Virus record (IMG/VR): IMGVR_UViG_2872728642_000001
Span: 16,810-80,809 of that record
From: a virus
Taxonomy: Duplodnaviria > Caudoviricetes
Strand: one strand, 5' to 3'
Length of the DNA: 64,000 nucleotides
Positions 1 to 9,705 of this stretch are shown in pieces; position 1 is the first letter of the stretch; every line of letters starts with the position of its first letter. A model generated the notes under the pieces. That model saw only the letters and a program-made list of their open reading frames with translations, did not search any database and was not told the DNA's origin. Both the position numbers and the translations under genes were made by a program.

Positions 1-155
1 GATGGGCGGGCCGGCCCGGCCGAAGCCGGACCGGACGCGTCGGCGGGCTCAGGCCCGCCGATGATCCGCCAGTTGTCCAACATGTCCAGGCAGGGGTCTC
101 GCTGTTCGAGCGGAACCACCTGCCCGGTGTTGGCGTTGCGGTAGACGTAGGTCAC
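1..155 (-). CDS. Phage protein downstream of capsid (5' part only; MTYVYRNANTGQVV...)
   Basis: GTG at 153-155 overlaps the capsid TGA (GTGA coupling); open frame runs to the window edge. Confidence 0.65.
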   Translation of the reverse strand, partial: MTYVYRNANTGQVVPLEQRDPCLDMLDNWRIIGGPEPADASGPASAGPARP

Positions 156-1090
156 GCCGCGACCCCGTGGATCAGCACGGCCCTGTTGGCGTCGAGGGTC
201 TTGACGCCGTAGAGGCAGTCCACCGACACGATGTCCTGCTTTTTGGAGATGTCGTAATCCATCACCACCCTGACCCCAAACCCCTTGTAGCTCTCCACCG
301 CAGCGTTGGCCGCACCCTGCGGAAGCACCAAGGGCCTCGTCACCAACGCGAACGCCGTCCTGTGAAAAGCCACTCCGACCTCGGTGTTCGGCTGGCCAGC
401 GGACGGCGTACCGGTCGGCGCGTCGATGTTCTGCGTCTGGAAGGCATCGTGACCGAAAACCCGCCTACCCAACGAAGCCTCGCGGAGACCGTCCGTGTCC
501 CCCCTGACGTCGGCCTGATGAAACAGCGGATCCGACAGCCAGAGCGCCTCGATCTCCGGGCCGATCACCAGATGACGATCCGCCGCAGGCACGTTCCTCT
601 GGTTGAGGACCCTGCGCGCGTCGATCGCCGTCTTCGGGTCGTCGTACGGGTGGATCACCTCGCCGGTGACGCCCGCAGGCGTCGTCCCCGGGACGCCCAC
701 CCGCTGCACGATGTCGTTCCGCAGGCTCAGGATGTCCCGGTCGATCTTCTGCGAGATCGCCTCCATCGCCGGGTTGAGGAGCTGCGTACCGAAGTCCTCG
801 ATCTCCAAGGTCAACTCTTCGGCGGTGACCGCGAAGGAGACGTCGCTGAAGTGGTTCAGCGTGATCGGCACGCTGCCCTCGGACGCGTTCTGAATCTGGA
901 TGCCCTGCGCCCTGTTGAACTCGTTCGCCTGGAACACAGCGGGCTTCCGCACGGAGATCGTGTCACCCACACGAGATACGAACTCCTGCTCATAGTCACG
1001 GTGGACGAGCTGAGCCATCACACACGTCTCATAGAGCGTGGCGAGCGCCGCCTTGGCGATGATGCTCGGGGTCAGGAAAGTGTTAGCCAT
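152..1090 (-). CDS. Major capsid protein, P22 coat-protein-like
   Basis: 312 aa, N-terminus MANTFLTPSIIAKAAL...VHRDY...GDTISVRKP typical of this coat family; follows the scaffold gene. Confidence 0.9.
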   Translation of the reverse strand: MANTFLTPSIIAKAALATLYETCVMAQLVHRDYEQEFVSRVGDTISVRKPAVFQANEFNRAQGIQIQNASEGSVPITLNHFSDVSFAVTAEELTLEIEDFGTQLLNPAMEAISQKIDRDILSLRNDIVQRVGVPGTTPAGVTGEVIHPYDDPKTAIDARRVLNQRNVPAADRHLVIGPEIEALWLSDPLFHQADVRGDTDGLREASLGRRVFGHDAFQTQNIDAPTGTPSAGQPNTEVGVAFHRTAFALVTRPLVLPQGAANAAVESYKGFGVRVVMDYDISKKQDIVSVDCLYGVKTLDANRAVLIHGVAA

Positions 1091-1114
1091 TCGGGCCTTT
1101 CACCTCTTCAGGAA

Positions 1115-1135
1115 GCTAAAAGCGGTGCCGCTTCT
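1115..1135 (+). promoter_or_regulatory. 21-bp operator-like motif, copy upstream of the capsid gene (inverted orientation)
   Basis: GCTAAAAGCGGTGCCGCTTCT; family consensus GCTAAAAGCGGTACCGCAATC. Confidence 0.6.
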
Positions 1136-1140
1136 AGTGA

Positions 1141-1902
1141 TTAGGACGAGGCGCGCTTCTTACGCCTGGCGCGGAACTCGTCGATGGAGGGCTCGGAACT
1201 CGACGCTCGCTCACCAGGCCCGCCGGTGAACTCGCCTCCGCTCCTGGCTGGCGGCCCCGCCTGGGTGGCCGCCTTGAACTTCGGGTTGTTCTCCACCGAG
1301 GTCGTGATGATCTCGGTGAGTGAAGTGGAGAAGTCGTCAGCGTCCGGATCCATGTCCCGGACCGCCTTCAAAAAGCTCCTGCTGTCGAGCAGGGCGTCCG
1401 GATCCGCGCCGGCCTTCTGGCTGGCACGGTGGACCGCGAGCTCGATCAGGGCGCGGCGGTGCCGCTCCCTCTCCGAGTCGCGTTCCTTGGCCGTGGTGTC
1501 CCGCTCGGCCGTCAGCGTCTCGATCACCTTCTGCGGGTCGATCGGCTTCTCTTCCTCAGCCGCCAGGCCCAGGGCCTTGGCAATCTGCTGAGCGAAGTCC
1601 GTCTTGACCTGCTGGGTGATCTCCTCCTGCGACGGCCCTTGCTGGGCGGTCGCCTCGTCGGCCGTCTTCTGCGCGTCCTTCAGCTTGGACCGCCAGTCGG
1701 CCGCCTCCGAGCGGGTGTCCTTGATGAGCTTCTGCGCCCACGGCGGAAGCTGGTCCACCCGCTTCGCGTCGGGGTTGACCGCCGTATCGTCGGTCGCCGA
1801 CTGCTCGGGCGGCGTGACCTCGGCCCCAGCCGGAGGGTTCTGCTCCTGCTGCGGCTGGCCTTCGCCGCTTCCATCGGTGGTCGGCACAGTGTTTTCAGGC
1901 AT
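1141..1902 (-). CDS. Capsid scaffolding protein
   Basis: 253 aa, acidic, coiled-coil, 'LIKDTRSEAADWR' motif; between minor capsid and major capsid. Confidence 0.8.
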   Translation of the reverse strand: MPENTVPTTDGSGEGQPQQEQNPPAGAEVTPPEQSATDDTAVNPDAKRVDQLPPWAQKLIKDTRSEAADWRSKLKDAQKTADEATAQQGPSQEEITQQVKTDFAQQIAKALGLAAEEEKPIDPQKVIETLTAERDTTAKERDSERERHRRALIELAVHRASQKAGADPDALLDSRSFLKAVRDMDPDADDFSTSLTEIITTSVENNPKFKAATQAGPPARSGGEFTGGPGERASSSEPSIDEFRARRKKRASS

Positions 1903-1977
1903 GACGAGATCGCCCTCCTGGAGCGTGTCGTCGGAACATGGGAAAGGCCCGCGCCTGGCGAGCCCGAGAATGCGCGT

Positions 1978-3297
1978 CTATGCGCTCGAGCGGGTTTCCT
2001 GCTTGGCTGCGGCCTCGTCGCGGCGGTTCATCTCCTGCTCCAGTCGGGCCAACGCCTGCTCGTCGTGGCCGAACTTGCTGGCCAGGTCAGTGAGCTGCTT
2101 GTCGGTCAGCTCATCCAGGTCTGCGGGCGGCGCGTTGTCCTTCTCCCGCCCGGTCTTGCGCCGCAGCCCTGTTGCCTTCGCCAGTTCCTTGAGCTGCCGC
2201 TGATAGTCGGCCGTCTTGGCGTCCGCTTTCGCGCGGGCATCGTCGTCGAGCGCAACCGCCGCGCGCCGCTTGGTCTCCCGGACCTTCCGCTCCAGGTAGC
2301 GCTGCCGCTGCGACTCCCTGTAGTTGGCCTTCGACTGCACGACAGGCGCTGGCCTCGACACACCAGGGAGGTAGGCGTTCAGGCTGTGCCCACAGTTCGG
2401 GTGCAGCAGACCCGCCAGCCGCGCTTCCGCGACCGTCCCAGCGACATGGACGAACACCTGCACGCCCGTCGCCGGGTTCTCCTCCACGCGCATCCCGGCC
2501 GCCCCGGACAGGGCCAGCACCTCGCCCTCCCAGCGGGCGCACCGGTCGCACGTGTACGGCAGCCGCGACACGCTCACCAGGTTGATCCCGGCCTCGCGCA
2601 GCGTCGCCAGATGCCCGTCCACCGCCGCCCGCGCGGTCGCCGTCCGCATGGCCATCTCGGCGTAGCTGGCCATGCTCCATGTCCTGGGCGGGTTGGACAA
2701 GTCGGTGAAGCCCTTGATGCCTTCGGCCGTGAACCGGTCGAGTGCCCGCTGCGCCGCCTCCCGCCGAGTCTCCGCGCCGATCAACGCTCGGCTGGCCGCC
2801 TCAGCGATGACGTTGCGGTAGAGGTCGTCCACCGCACGCAGCGCGCCCTCATGCACCGACGTGACCATGCGGACGGTCTGCGCGGCCAACTCCGCAACGC
2901 CCTGGCCGGCGTTGATGCCCCGGCTCGCGCCAAGGTTCTTCGCGTCCTCCAGCACCTTGGCCAGCCGCTTCCGCACCTTCCGGTCATGGACCTGCAGCAC
3001 GGCACCGCGCACCGCGGCATCCATGCCTGCGGCCCACGTGTCCAGCACCGCGGCCTGTGCGGCTGCCCTCGAAGCGGCCTGCAGACGGCGGACGATCGCT
3101 TCGGCTTCCTTGCGGAGCTGGGTCACCTCGGCGAGCCGCTTGTCCGCCCAGTCGTCGCCGTCGTCGTTGTCGAGGTCCTTGCCGACTCGCGCCGCGATGC
3201 GTTCCAGCAGCGCCATCTCCGCGTCGGCGTACATGGCGGCAACCTTCCGCGCTTGCTCCAGGCCCTCCTCGATAGCGGCGGCTGGAGTGATCGACAT
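1978..3297 (-). CDS. Phage minor capsid / head morphogenesis protein (minor capsid 2 family)
   Basis: 439 aa; 'YAEMAMRT', 'CDRCARWEG', 'GLLHPNCGH', 'QRYLERKVR' motifs; directly after portal. Confidence 0.85.
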   Translation of the reverse strand: MSITPAAAIEEGLEQARKVAAMYADAEMALLERIAARVGKDLDNDDGDDWADKRLAEVTQLRKEAEAIVRRLQAASRAAAQAAVLDTWAAGMDAAVRGAVLQVHDRKVRKRLAKVLEDAKNLGASRGINAGQGVAELAAQTVRMVTSVHEGALRAVDDLYRNVIAEAASRALIGAETRREAAQRALDRFTAEGIKGFTDLSNPPRTWSMASYAEMAMRTATARAAVDGHLATLREAGINLVSVSRLPYTCDRCARWEGEVLALSGAAGMRVEENPATGVQVFVHVAGTVAEARLAGLLHPNCGHSLNAYLPGVSRPAPVVQSKANYRESQRQRYLERKVRETKRRAAVALDDDARAKADAKTADYQRQLKELAKATGLRRKTGREKDNAPPADLDELTDKQLTDLASKFGHDEQALARLEQEMNRRDEAAAKQETRSSA

Positions 3298-4871
3298 CAG
3301 TCCTCGCCGGTCGCGTCAGGGATCCACGTCTCGCCCAGCGTGGCCGGGTCCGGCACGTTGAGCCCAAGCTCATCGCGAAGCCGCTCCTTCTCGGCCTGGA
3401 TCTGCACGTCGTCCCAGTCGGGATGCACCCACCGGACCTTCGTGTCCAGGGACACGGCTTGCGCCCGGTTCAGCATGTCCAGGGTGCGGCCCATCGACTC
3501 CGGGTCCGGCATGACACCGTCCGGCCACTCCACGGTCGCCCGCTCGGCCACGACCTTCGTCCCGAACACGGCGTGATCGACGGCCAGCATCGCCTCCGAC
3601 AGCCACGCGAGCCGCGGTGTCCAGTAACCGATCTTCCGGCCACGTGTCGAGTAGGACCGGTGCTTCTCCATGTGGATCTCGGTCGCCGTCTTGGCCTGGC
3701 CACCGCTCCCCTCTGCGAACGACTGCAGCGCATACCCGGCGCCGCGAACGATCTGCTCCACCAGGTTCTTCGACGTGTCCGCATGCTCCTGCACGCGGAT
3801 CTTGAACTGGCTGAGCGTAATCATGCCGCCGGGGTTCTGCGGCGACGGCAGCATGCCGCCCAGCGGGCTGTAGATCTCCCGGTCCGGATCCCACGACGCT
3901 GCCTGCCCGCGCCCGGCCGTCGTCAAGTAGATCTCCGGGACGATGATTCGCGCCTTGCCGAGCCGCAGGTCCCGCATCCAACTCGTCCACGTCTCATCCA
4001 ACGCATCGAGCAGCGGTTCGACGCCCGCATAGTCCGAGCGGCCGATCGCCGTGCCCCGGATCGAACGGTGCGGCCTCATGTTCGGGATGTACTCGACCAG
4101 CAGGCCACGCTCGAACCCGCTGTCGAACCCGCCGTCCTCGTCCACCAGCTCGGCAAACTCGGCGGTCGCCGGGTGATCCTCCAGCGGCATCTGTCGGCCC
4201 AGATGATCCTCGTCGCCCAAGTACAGGCCGTGGAAGATGCGGCCCTGTTCGTGCTTCTCCAGGTGCCGCCACACCTCGCCCGACCGGTCGTCCTCGTACA
4301 CGACCCGCCAGAACGTCACCGCCTTGAGCCGACCGTTGTGGAACTCGGGCACAGCGGCGTCCGGCGGCAGCGCGTCCACGACCGGATGGTCAGCCATCGT
4401 CGTGTCCCAGCCCACCCGCAGGTAGACGCCCCCGTACGCGGCGGCCAACTCGGCGGCCTCCAGCAGGCTGCCGTACACGCCGGCCTCGTGCAGCACCGAG
4501 TCGAGCCGCTGCTGCCCCTTCTTGCCCTTCAGCTTCAGCGTCGGGGGCTCGCTGAACAGCAGGTCGGCGCTGGTGGCGGCGATGTCGGCGGCCAGCGGGA
4601 TGTGAAGCTTCGTCGCCCGCGACTGCGCCGCCGGGGTGGGCGTCCCCCAGAAGTAGCGGACCGCCCGCCCGAGGTAGCCGCCGAGGCGACCGATTGGCCG
4701 GTCCCAGCCCTTCGGGTCCATCCCCACCATCGGCGCTGCCCGGTTGCCTTCATACACCTGCGCCAGCTTGTCCGGGTCACCGCCGTACCAAGCGCCGTGA
4801 GTGTCGTAGAGCCGCATCTCCTGTCGGATCGCTGGCGGCGGCCACTCCTGATTACGCTCGGGAAGCGGCAT
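3297..4871 (-). CDS. Portal protein (SPP1/A118-like)
   Basis: 524 aa; 'IAATSADLLFSEPP', 'GRSDYAG...LDALDETWTSWMRDLRLGK' motifs; position in the head module. Confidence 0.9.
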   Translation of the reverse strand: MPLPERNQEWPPPAIRQEMRLYDTHGAWYGGDPDKLAQVYEGNRAAPMVGMDPKGWDRPIGRLGGYLGRAVRYFWGTPTPAAQSRATKLHIPLAADIAATSADLLFSEPPTLKLKGKKGQQRLDSVLHEAGVYGSLLEAAELAAAYGGVYLRVGWDTTMADHPVVDALPPDAAVPEFHNGRLKAVTFWRVVYEDDRSGEVWRHLEKHEQGRIFHGLYLGDEDHLGRQMPLEDHPATAEFAELVDEDGGFDSGFERGLLVEYIPNMRPHRSIRGTAIGRSDYAGVEPLLDALDETWTSWMRDLRLGKARIIVPEIYLTTAGRGQAASWDPDREIYSPLGGMLPSPQNPGGMITLSQFKIRVQEHADTSKNLVEQIVRGAGYALQSFAEGSGGQAKTATEIHMEKHRSYSTRGRKIGYWTPRLAWLSEAMLAVDHAVFGTKVVAERATVEWPDGVMPDPESMGRTLDMLNRAQAVSLDTKVRWVHPDWDDVQIQAEKERLRDELGLNVPDPATLGETWIPDATGED

Positions 4872-4883
4872 CGGCCACCCTCC

Positions 4884-5048
4884 TCATGTCTTCTCGATCT
4901 CCGACAGGGCGACGGCCAGTTGCGTCCAGCCGTCGGCTATGGAGACCTTGACCTCGACCATGTCCGGGTTGGGCTCGCAGTCGGCGCGCTCCAGGACGGC
5001 AGCGGCGTGAGCGGCGGCTTGTCGCCAGGTGATCGCCTGTTGGGTCAT
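4884..5048 (-). CDS. Small hypothetical phage protein (54 aa)
   Basis: ATG overlaps the upstream stop; fills the gap before the portal. Confidence 0.55.
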   Translation of the reverse strand: MTQQAITWRQAAAHAAAVLERADCEPNPDMVEVKVSIADGWTQLAVALSEIEKT

Positions 5049-5308
5049 CCGGCCTTCACCGGCCAGTGCCACGTGCCGGGCTCTGCGCCGAGCGCGACGT
5101 TGTACTCGTGGAACCCGCCGAGCTGGCCAGGCGTGAACACCCACAGGTGGACGTGCGACTCGTCGTCCAGCGGGGGCACTGCGCCGATCTTGACGCCCTC
5201 GGGGTCGAGCGTCGTCGTGTCCGCCGTAACGATCGCGGCGCGCACGGCGTGCAGGCCCTGCCGACCGCGATAACGGACGATATCGCCGGTGGCTGGGATG
5301 CGAAGCAT
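5045..5308 (-). CDS. Hypothetical phage protein (87 aa)
   Basis: ORF with RBS; SH3-like beta-rich sequence (P.TGDIVRY...HLWVFTP...GTWHWP). Confidence 0.7.
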   Translation of the reverse strand: MLRIPATGDIVRYRGRQGLHAVRAAIVTADTTTLDPEGVKIGAVPPLDDESHVHLWVFTPGQLGGFHEYNVALGAEPGTWHWPVKAG

Positions 5309-5317
5309 GAAGTCTCC

Positions 5318-5614
5318 TCAGATGACAGGGACAAGCCCGCCGGGAAGGACGGGCTTCTCGACGAGAGCGGACACCCGGACCCACGCCCGGTAGGTGCCTT
5401 CGGCCAGCGCCACCGCGCCGTCACCGCCAGGGCCAACGAGGATCTTCGCGTCAGCCCCGGCGGCGCTGTGGTTGTCCCACGTTGCGGCGTGCCAGTCCGT
5501 CTCGATCGGCTCGCCGTCCTCGTTTGTGAAAGCGACTTGCACGCCTTCACCACCGGACGGGCCCTTGACGGGGATGTACAGGAACTCCCGGCTAAGGGAG
5601 AAAATCGGTTCCAT
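5318..5614 (-). CDS. Putative virion structural protein, beta-sandwich (BppU-like/Ig-like)
   Basis: 98 aa beta-rich, 'LAEGTYRAWVRV' motif; RBS GGAGG upstream. Confidence 0.55.
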   Translation of the reverse strand: MEPIFSLSREFLYIPVKGPSGGEGVQVAFTNEDGEPIETDWHAATWDNHSAAGADAKILVGPGGDGAVALAEGTYRAWVRVSALVEKPVLPGGLVPVI

Positions 5615-5627
5615 GGGGTAGTCCTCC

Positions 5628-7628
5628 CTACGTTCGCGGTGAGCCTGCGCCCCAGTCGCGGCGCGGTTCACCAGCGGAGTACCTGCGGTATGGGGAACCC
5701 GCCGACCAGCGGCGGTAGATCGGGCCAAGCCCGGTGACGTCCCGGCCCAGGCTTGTCACGGTGGCCGTCTCGACCAGGACCGCCGCGTCCGTCGCGGACC
5801 GGGGAGCCTCGATTACGGCCTGGTCGTCGATGAAGGCGATGTCGCCAGCCGTGATCGCGGCCTCGCCCTGGACCGTCTCGACGAGCGTTGCGCTGTCGGC
5901 CGACGCCAGGCTCAGCGCGACCAACTCGACGATCTGGGCGGAGTCGCTGGCCTGCTTGAGGACGGCCACCTCGGCGACTTCTGTCAGCGCGCCGAGGTCT
6001 CCGGTCGCCGTCGCCACCGCCAGCGCCGCGAATTCGCTCAGCAGCGCGTGGTCGCTGGAGATCGGGCCGATCGTTTCGGCGATGGCCACCGATTCGGCCA
6101 GTGTGCCGCTGTCGCCGGTGGTCACCTGGACGCCCACCTGGGCGGTTTCGGCGAAGACCGCTTGGTCAGCACCCGACCAGCCGACCGTCAGCATCGACGT
6201 CTCGATCAACGACGCTTGATCGGCGCTGGGCTGCTCGCTGGCGATGACCGCAGCTTCCGCCAGCGCCGCCGCGTCCAACGAGGAGATGTCGGCCGTGGCC
6301 GCGGCCGTTGCGCTCAGGGTTCCGGTGTCGCTGGCCGCCTTCGGGATTCCGTCCGGCAGGACGGTGACCGCAGACGCCTCCACCACGGCCCCCGTGTCGG
6401 ATGCCGACTTGGTCTCCTGCGGAGGCCCAGTGACAGCCGGGGCGATGGCTAAGGTGTAGCCGGCCCGCCACTCCACCTCATCAACCGAAGCCACGAAGTT
6501 GGCCGAGGCGGTAGCCGCGTTGGACTGCAGAGCACGCGCCGCCGCTGCCAGAACGGTGTAGGTGCGCGACTGGACCCTCGTCAACGGGGTGAGCCCGGCC
6601 GGTGAGATGAAGGTCATGGTGGCGCCGAGCGCGTAGGCCGCGACCAGCCGGACCTCCAGGTCGCTTCCCGAGTCCGGGGTTATCCCTGGTGTCGTGACGT
6701 TCAGGCCGGTACCGTCTGTCGAGCGCATGATCTTCGGGACCGCCGTCAGCGACGCGTCCTTGATGGCCACGATCAAGCAGGCGCCGTCCGAGCCGCTACC
6801 CTGCGCGAACACAAACGAGGTCGGTTCGGACGACCCGGCACGCTTCCACCACACCCGGACCGCCTGGATGACGCCCAGCCCACTGGTGCCGTCCAGCGCA
6901 TCCAGCGGTTGCCAGGCGCTACCCCCGCTCGGGGTCGTCATGTTCGTGGTGGTCCCGCGATCCGCCGCCTGGACCGCAAGCAGCACATCATTCGCGACCA
7001 CACCGGCGGGAGCGGTGACGTTGTAGCTCGACGAGCCGGACGTCCCCGTTGATGTCGAGCGGACTGACGGTGGTGTGCCCGCCGCCTGCGGCTCGCCCGT
7101 CCAACGCGCCTCGACCAGACGCCCGCTGTCGCTGTTGGTCTTGGCCACCTCTGGCACGTGGGCGACGCTGGCCGCCTCGGCGAGCGCTGCGCTGTCGGTG
7201 GAACTCTTGGGCGTGCCCGTGTCGGGGACGGTGAACGACAGGTTGTCGATCCAGACCGCGTCGAAGCCAAGTGGGTCGTTGACCGAGTCGTCCTTGGTGA
7301 ACTGGAAGACCACCTCGGACGCGCCGGTCACGTTGATCGTGGCCTGGGCCCACGGGATGTTGCCCGACAGGGGCTCGAACGCCTGAACCCCGTCGATCAG
7401 GACGTAGAAGTCGTCCCAATCAGGCTCAGTGGAGACTCGGTAATAGAAGGTGAGACTCGTCGCCTGGGCTGGGACGGCAACCTTGGCCTCCGTGGTGCCG
7501 AGATGGTCGATGTCGAGACTCTTCAGCGACCAAGAGCCCGAAGCCGCCGAGTCCTGAGTCCTCGCCCAGTCTCCGGTGATGGTGAGGTTGAGGGTTGCGT
7601 CCTCGAAGTCCTCCAGGATGGTCGCCAC
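5628..7628 (-). CDS. Putative virion fibre/decoration protein with N-terminal carbohydrate-binding-like domain and ~14 degenerate S/TxDxA/GxLxE repeats
   Basis: 666 aa; jelly-roll-like N-terminus (EDFED...W...FYYRVSTEPDWDDFYVLIDG...WIDNLSF), then repeats. Confidence 0.6.
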   Translation of the reverse strand: MATILEDFEDATLNLTITGDWARTQDSAASGSWSLKSLDIDHLGTTEAKVAVPAQATSLTFYYRVSTEPDWDDFYVLIDGVQAFEPLSGNIPWAQATINVTGASEVVFQFTKDDSVNDPLGFDAVWIDNLSFTVPDTGTPKSSTDSAALAEAASVAHVPEVAKTNSDSGRLVEARWTGEPQAAGTPPSVRSTSTGTSGSSSYNVTAPAGVVANDVLLAVQAADRGTTTNMTTPSGGSAWQPLDALDGTSGLGVIQAVRVWWKRAGSSEPTSFVFAQGSGSDGACLIVAIKDASLTAVPKIMRSTDGTGLNVTTPGITPDSGSDLEVRLVAAYALGATMTFISPAGLTPLTRVQSRTYTVLAAAARALQSNAATASANFVASVDEVEWRAGYTLAIAPAVTGPPQETKSASDTGAVVEASAVTVLPDGIPKAASDTGTLSATAAATADISSLDAAALAEAAVIASEQPSADQASLIETSMLTVGWSGADQAVFAETAQVGVQVTTGDSGTLAESVAIAETIGPISSDHALLSEFAALAVATATGDLGALTEVAEVAVLKQASDSAQIVELVALSLASADSATLVETVQGEAAITAGDIAFIDDQAVIEAPRSATDAAVLVETATVTSLGRDVTGLGPIYRRWSAGSPYRRYSAGEPRRDWGAGSPRT

Positions 7629-7660
7629 CGCGTCCCCTCCCCGTCAGGCAGTCGCGTGGC

Positions 7661-8212
7661 TCAGGTCAGGGAAAGCTGCACCGTGAACACCCAGCTCGCG
7701 GCGCTGGTCTTGGTGCCAAGGCCCTCTACCTTGCGGTTGAGCATCCGCCCGCCGGACGCGCCGTTGAAGATCGCCCATTCGGCCCAGGCGAAGTTGGCCT
7801 CGCTGGTCGAGAACGTCGCCCTGAAGGTGACTGTGTTGGCGGCGGCGCCGGTGCTGTCGGTGTGCTGCGGGTATCCGGCGTCCATGCCCTTGCGGACCTT
7901 GTTGGTCCCCTGAAGGTCGGTCTGCAGCGGATCCACCGCGGCGGTGCCGTCGCCGACGCCGACCCTCGCGTTGGTCGCGTCGAACGCGGTCACGGCAGTG
8001 CCGCCGGTGAGGCGGTGCCACAGCGCGGACACCCCGCCGTACATCAGGGCGTTGCCCTCACGCTCGATCACCTCGAACGGGACGGCGTGCGGGCCGGTGT
8101 CGTCACCGTGGAACTTCTCCAGGCGCCAGGTGCAGCGCCACCGCGCGGTGTCGCGGCGGCCCACACCGGCCGCCAGGTGGCTTCCCTCGGTCAGTCGCGC
8201 GGTCTCCCGCAT
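7661..8212 (-). CDS. Putative fibre-base / tail-collar-like structural protein
   Basis: 183 aa; 'VGVGDGTAAV..LQTDLQG', 'TVTFRATF...EANFAWAEWAIFN...MLNRKV' resemble tail-fibre N-terminal modules. Confidence 0.55.
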   Translation of the reverse strand: MRETARLTEGSHLAAGVGRRDTARWRCTWRLEKFHGDDTGPHAVPFEVIEREGNALMYGGVSALWHRLTGGTAVTAFDATNARVGVGDGTAAVDPLQTDLQGTNKVRKGMDAGYPQHTDSTGAAANTVTFRATFSTSEANFAWAEWAIFNGASGGRMLNRKVEGLGTKTSAASWVFTVQLSLT

Positions 8213-8418
8213 AGTGCCCTCCCGGACATGCAGAAGGGCCACCCGCCGCGGATGGCCCTGACGTTGTGAAATGCACAGCGTGGCGTAGGCGCGGCCCCGG
8301 CCTGGTAGCCCCTCAACTACAGGGCCGGGACCGCACCTGGTGCTCGACGCACGCGGGTGGACGTGCGGAGCAGCGCACCCCTCAGCCCGCCACAGAACGG
8401 GGGTGCACGATCATGAGG

Positions 8419-9705
8419 TCAGTAGACCGGCTGCAGCAGCGGCAGCCAGGCCGCTTGCGTGGTGTGCAGGCCATACCTGGCAGCGTCCAGCGCGTGATCG
8501 TCCAATTTCACCGGGACGTCATCGCCCTTCTCAGCCTTCTTGTCGTCCCACGCGTACGAGCCGACCTCGTCGAGGAACCCCGACACCGAGCTATGCACCC
8601 GCAGGTGGTCAGCGCCGAGCAGGTTGGACACGGTGCGGATACCGTCGTTGACGGAGTTGTCCCCCATCGTCGGGGTGAAGCCGTCGCGCTGGAGCTGCGT
8701 GATGAACGACGCGGCGGACGGGTCCACCACCACCCACTGCGGCCGTACCCCGCGGGTGCCAGGGCCATAGGTGTCGGGGATGTTGTCCAGCCACGCGCCG
8801 AGCTTCTGGCTGTACTCGGCGTCGGTGAGTTGCTTCCGCTCGGCGCGGGAGTCCCAGCGGAACTCGCTGGCGAGGTAGATGCGCCGCTGCCCCTGGTCGT
8901 CGGGGGTGGACACGCCGATGAGGATGGCGTCGAACGGATTGACGGTGCCATAGTCAACGCCCAAGGCCAGCCACCGCTCCATGGGCGGCAACTCGGCGAC
9001 GACGTGCCGGTCCGGGTCGAACATGTCGTAGATCGCGCCCTCGGCCATGACCCAGCGGCCCTCAATGAACCGCTTGTACCAAAGCCCGGTGTACTCGGCC
9101 TTGAGCGCCTTGACGTACGCCGGATCCAACGCCGTGTTGTCGTCCAACCGGAAGTGCCAATGCCGCAGGTCAAGCTCATACTTCCGGTCGAGAAACTGCC
9201 GCTTCAACCAGTGGTTCGGAGCATCGGGATTTGTCGTCCCAAAGAGTTTGGCGCCCGTGACGCTGAGCCGGGCCAAGAGCTGGTCCCAGAACTCCCGCTC
9301 GATCAGCGTGATCTCATCGACGTACGCCCCAGCGCAGGTCATACCCCGCAGCCGGTTCTCCGACCGGGCGTCGTTCGACGAGATGATCTCGATACGCCGC
9401 CCGAGGATGTTCGCCGTGGGAGCACCCCGGGTGTAGATGATCCGCCGCGCGATCGGGCCGGTGATCGCCGGGTCCTGCAGCACGTCAAAGACGTTACGGG
9501 CGATGGTGTCGCTCGTCTTGCCCACGATCACCAACGAGCCCCCGCGCGGCGCGTTGGCGACGTACATAACCCACCGCAGCAGCGAGGCGATCGTCTTGCC
9601 CGACCGGATCGCCCCGCTCCAGATGTTCAAGCGCGCCGTGGACTCGCCGATCGACCTCAACTGCTTAGGGGAAAGGTTCAGCGGCGTCGGCGCCGGCGTG
9701 CTCAC
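8419..9705 (-). CDS. terL: Terminase large subunit (PBSX-type)
   Basis: Walker A 'GAIRSGKT', 'LRGMTCAGAYVDE', C-terminal RNase-H 'GVDYG' and 'DDHALDAARY'; GTG overlaps the terS stop. Confidence 0.95.
   Translation of the reverse strand: MSTPAPTPLNLSPKQLRSIGESTARLNIWSGAIRSGKTIASLLRWVMYVANAPRGGSLVIVGKTSDTIARNVFDVLQDPAITGPIARRIIYTRGAPTANILGRRIEIISSNDARSENRLRGMTCAGAYVDEITLIEREFWDQLLARLSVTGAKLFGTTNPDAPNHWLKRQFLDRKYELDLRHWHFRLDDNTALDPAYVKALKAEYTGLWYKRFIEGRWVMAEGAIYDMFDPDRHVVAELPPMERWLALGVDYGTVNPFDAILIGVSTPDDQGQRRIYLASEFRWDSRAERKQLTDAEYSQKLGAWLDNIPDTYGPGTRGVRPQWVVVDPSAASFITQLQRDGFTPTMGDNSVNDGIRTVSNLLGADHLRVHSSVSGFLDEVGSYAWDDKKAEKGDDVPVKLDDHALDAARYGLHTTQAAWLPLLQPVY

Noticed and set aside
1429-5273. 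Long + strand ORFs (1429-3576, 3423-5273; likewise 8266-9921, 10576-11760, 40779-42131, 47757-49424)
   Set aside because: Antisense shadows of real minus-strand genes, expected in ~70% GC DNA; no motifs, no RBS
5628-7628. Diversity-generating retroelement target or shufflon in the fibre-like gene
   Set aside because: No reverse transcriptase, no TR/VR near-duplicate and no flanking inverted crossover repeats seen
8419-9705. Inteins or introns in terL, portal or MTase (prompted by the LAGLIDADG gene)
   Set aside because: Proteins have ordinary lengths with contiguous motifs and no C/S...HN splice junctions; the endonuclease is a separate ORF
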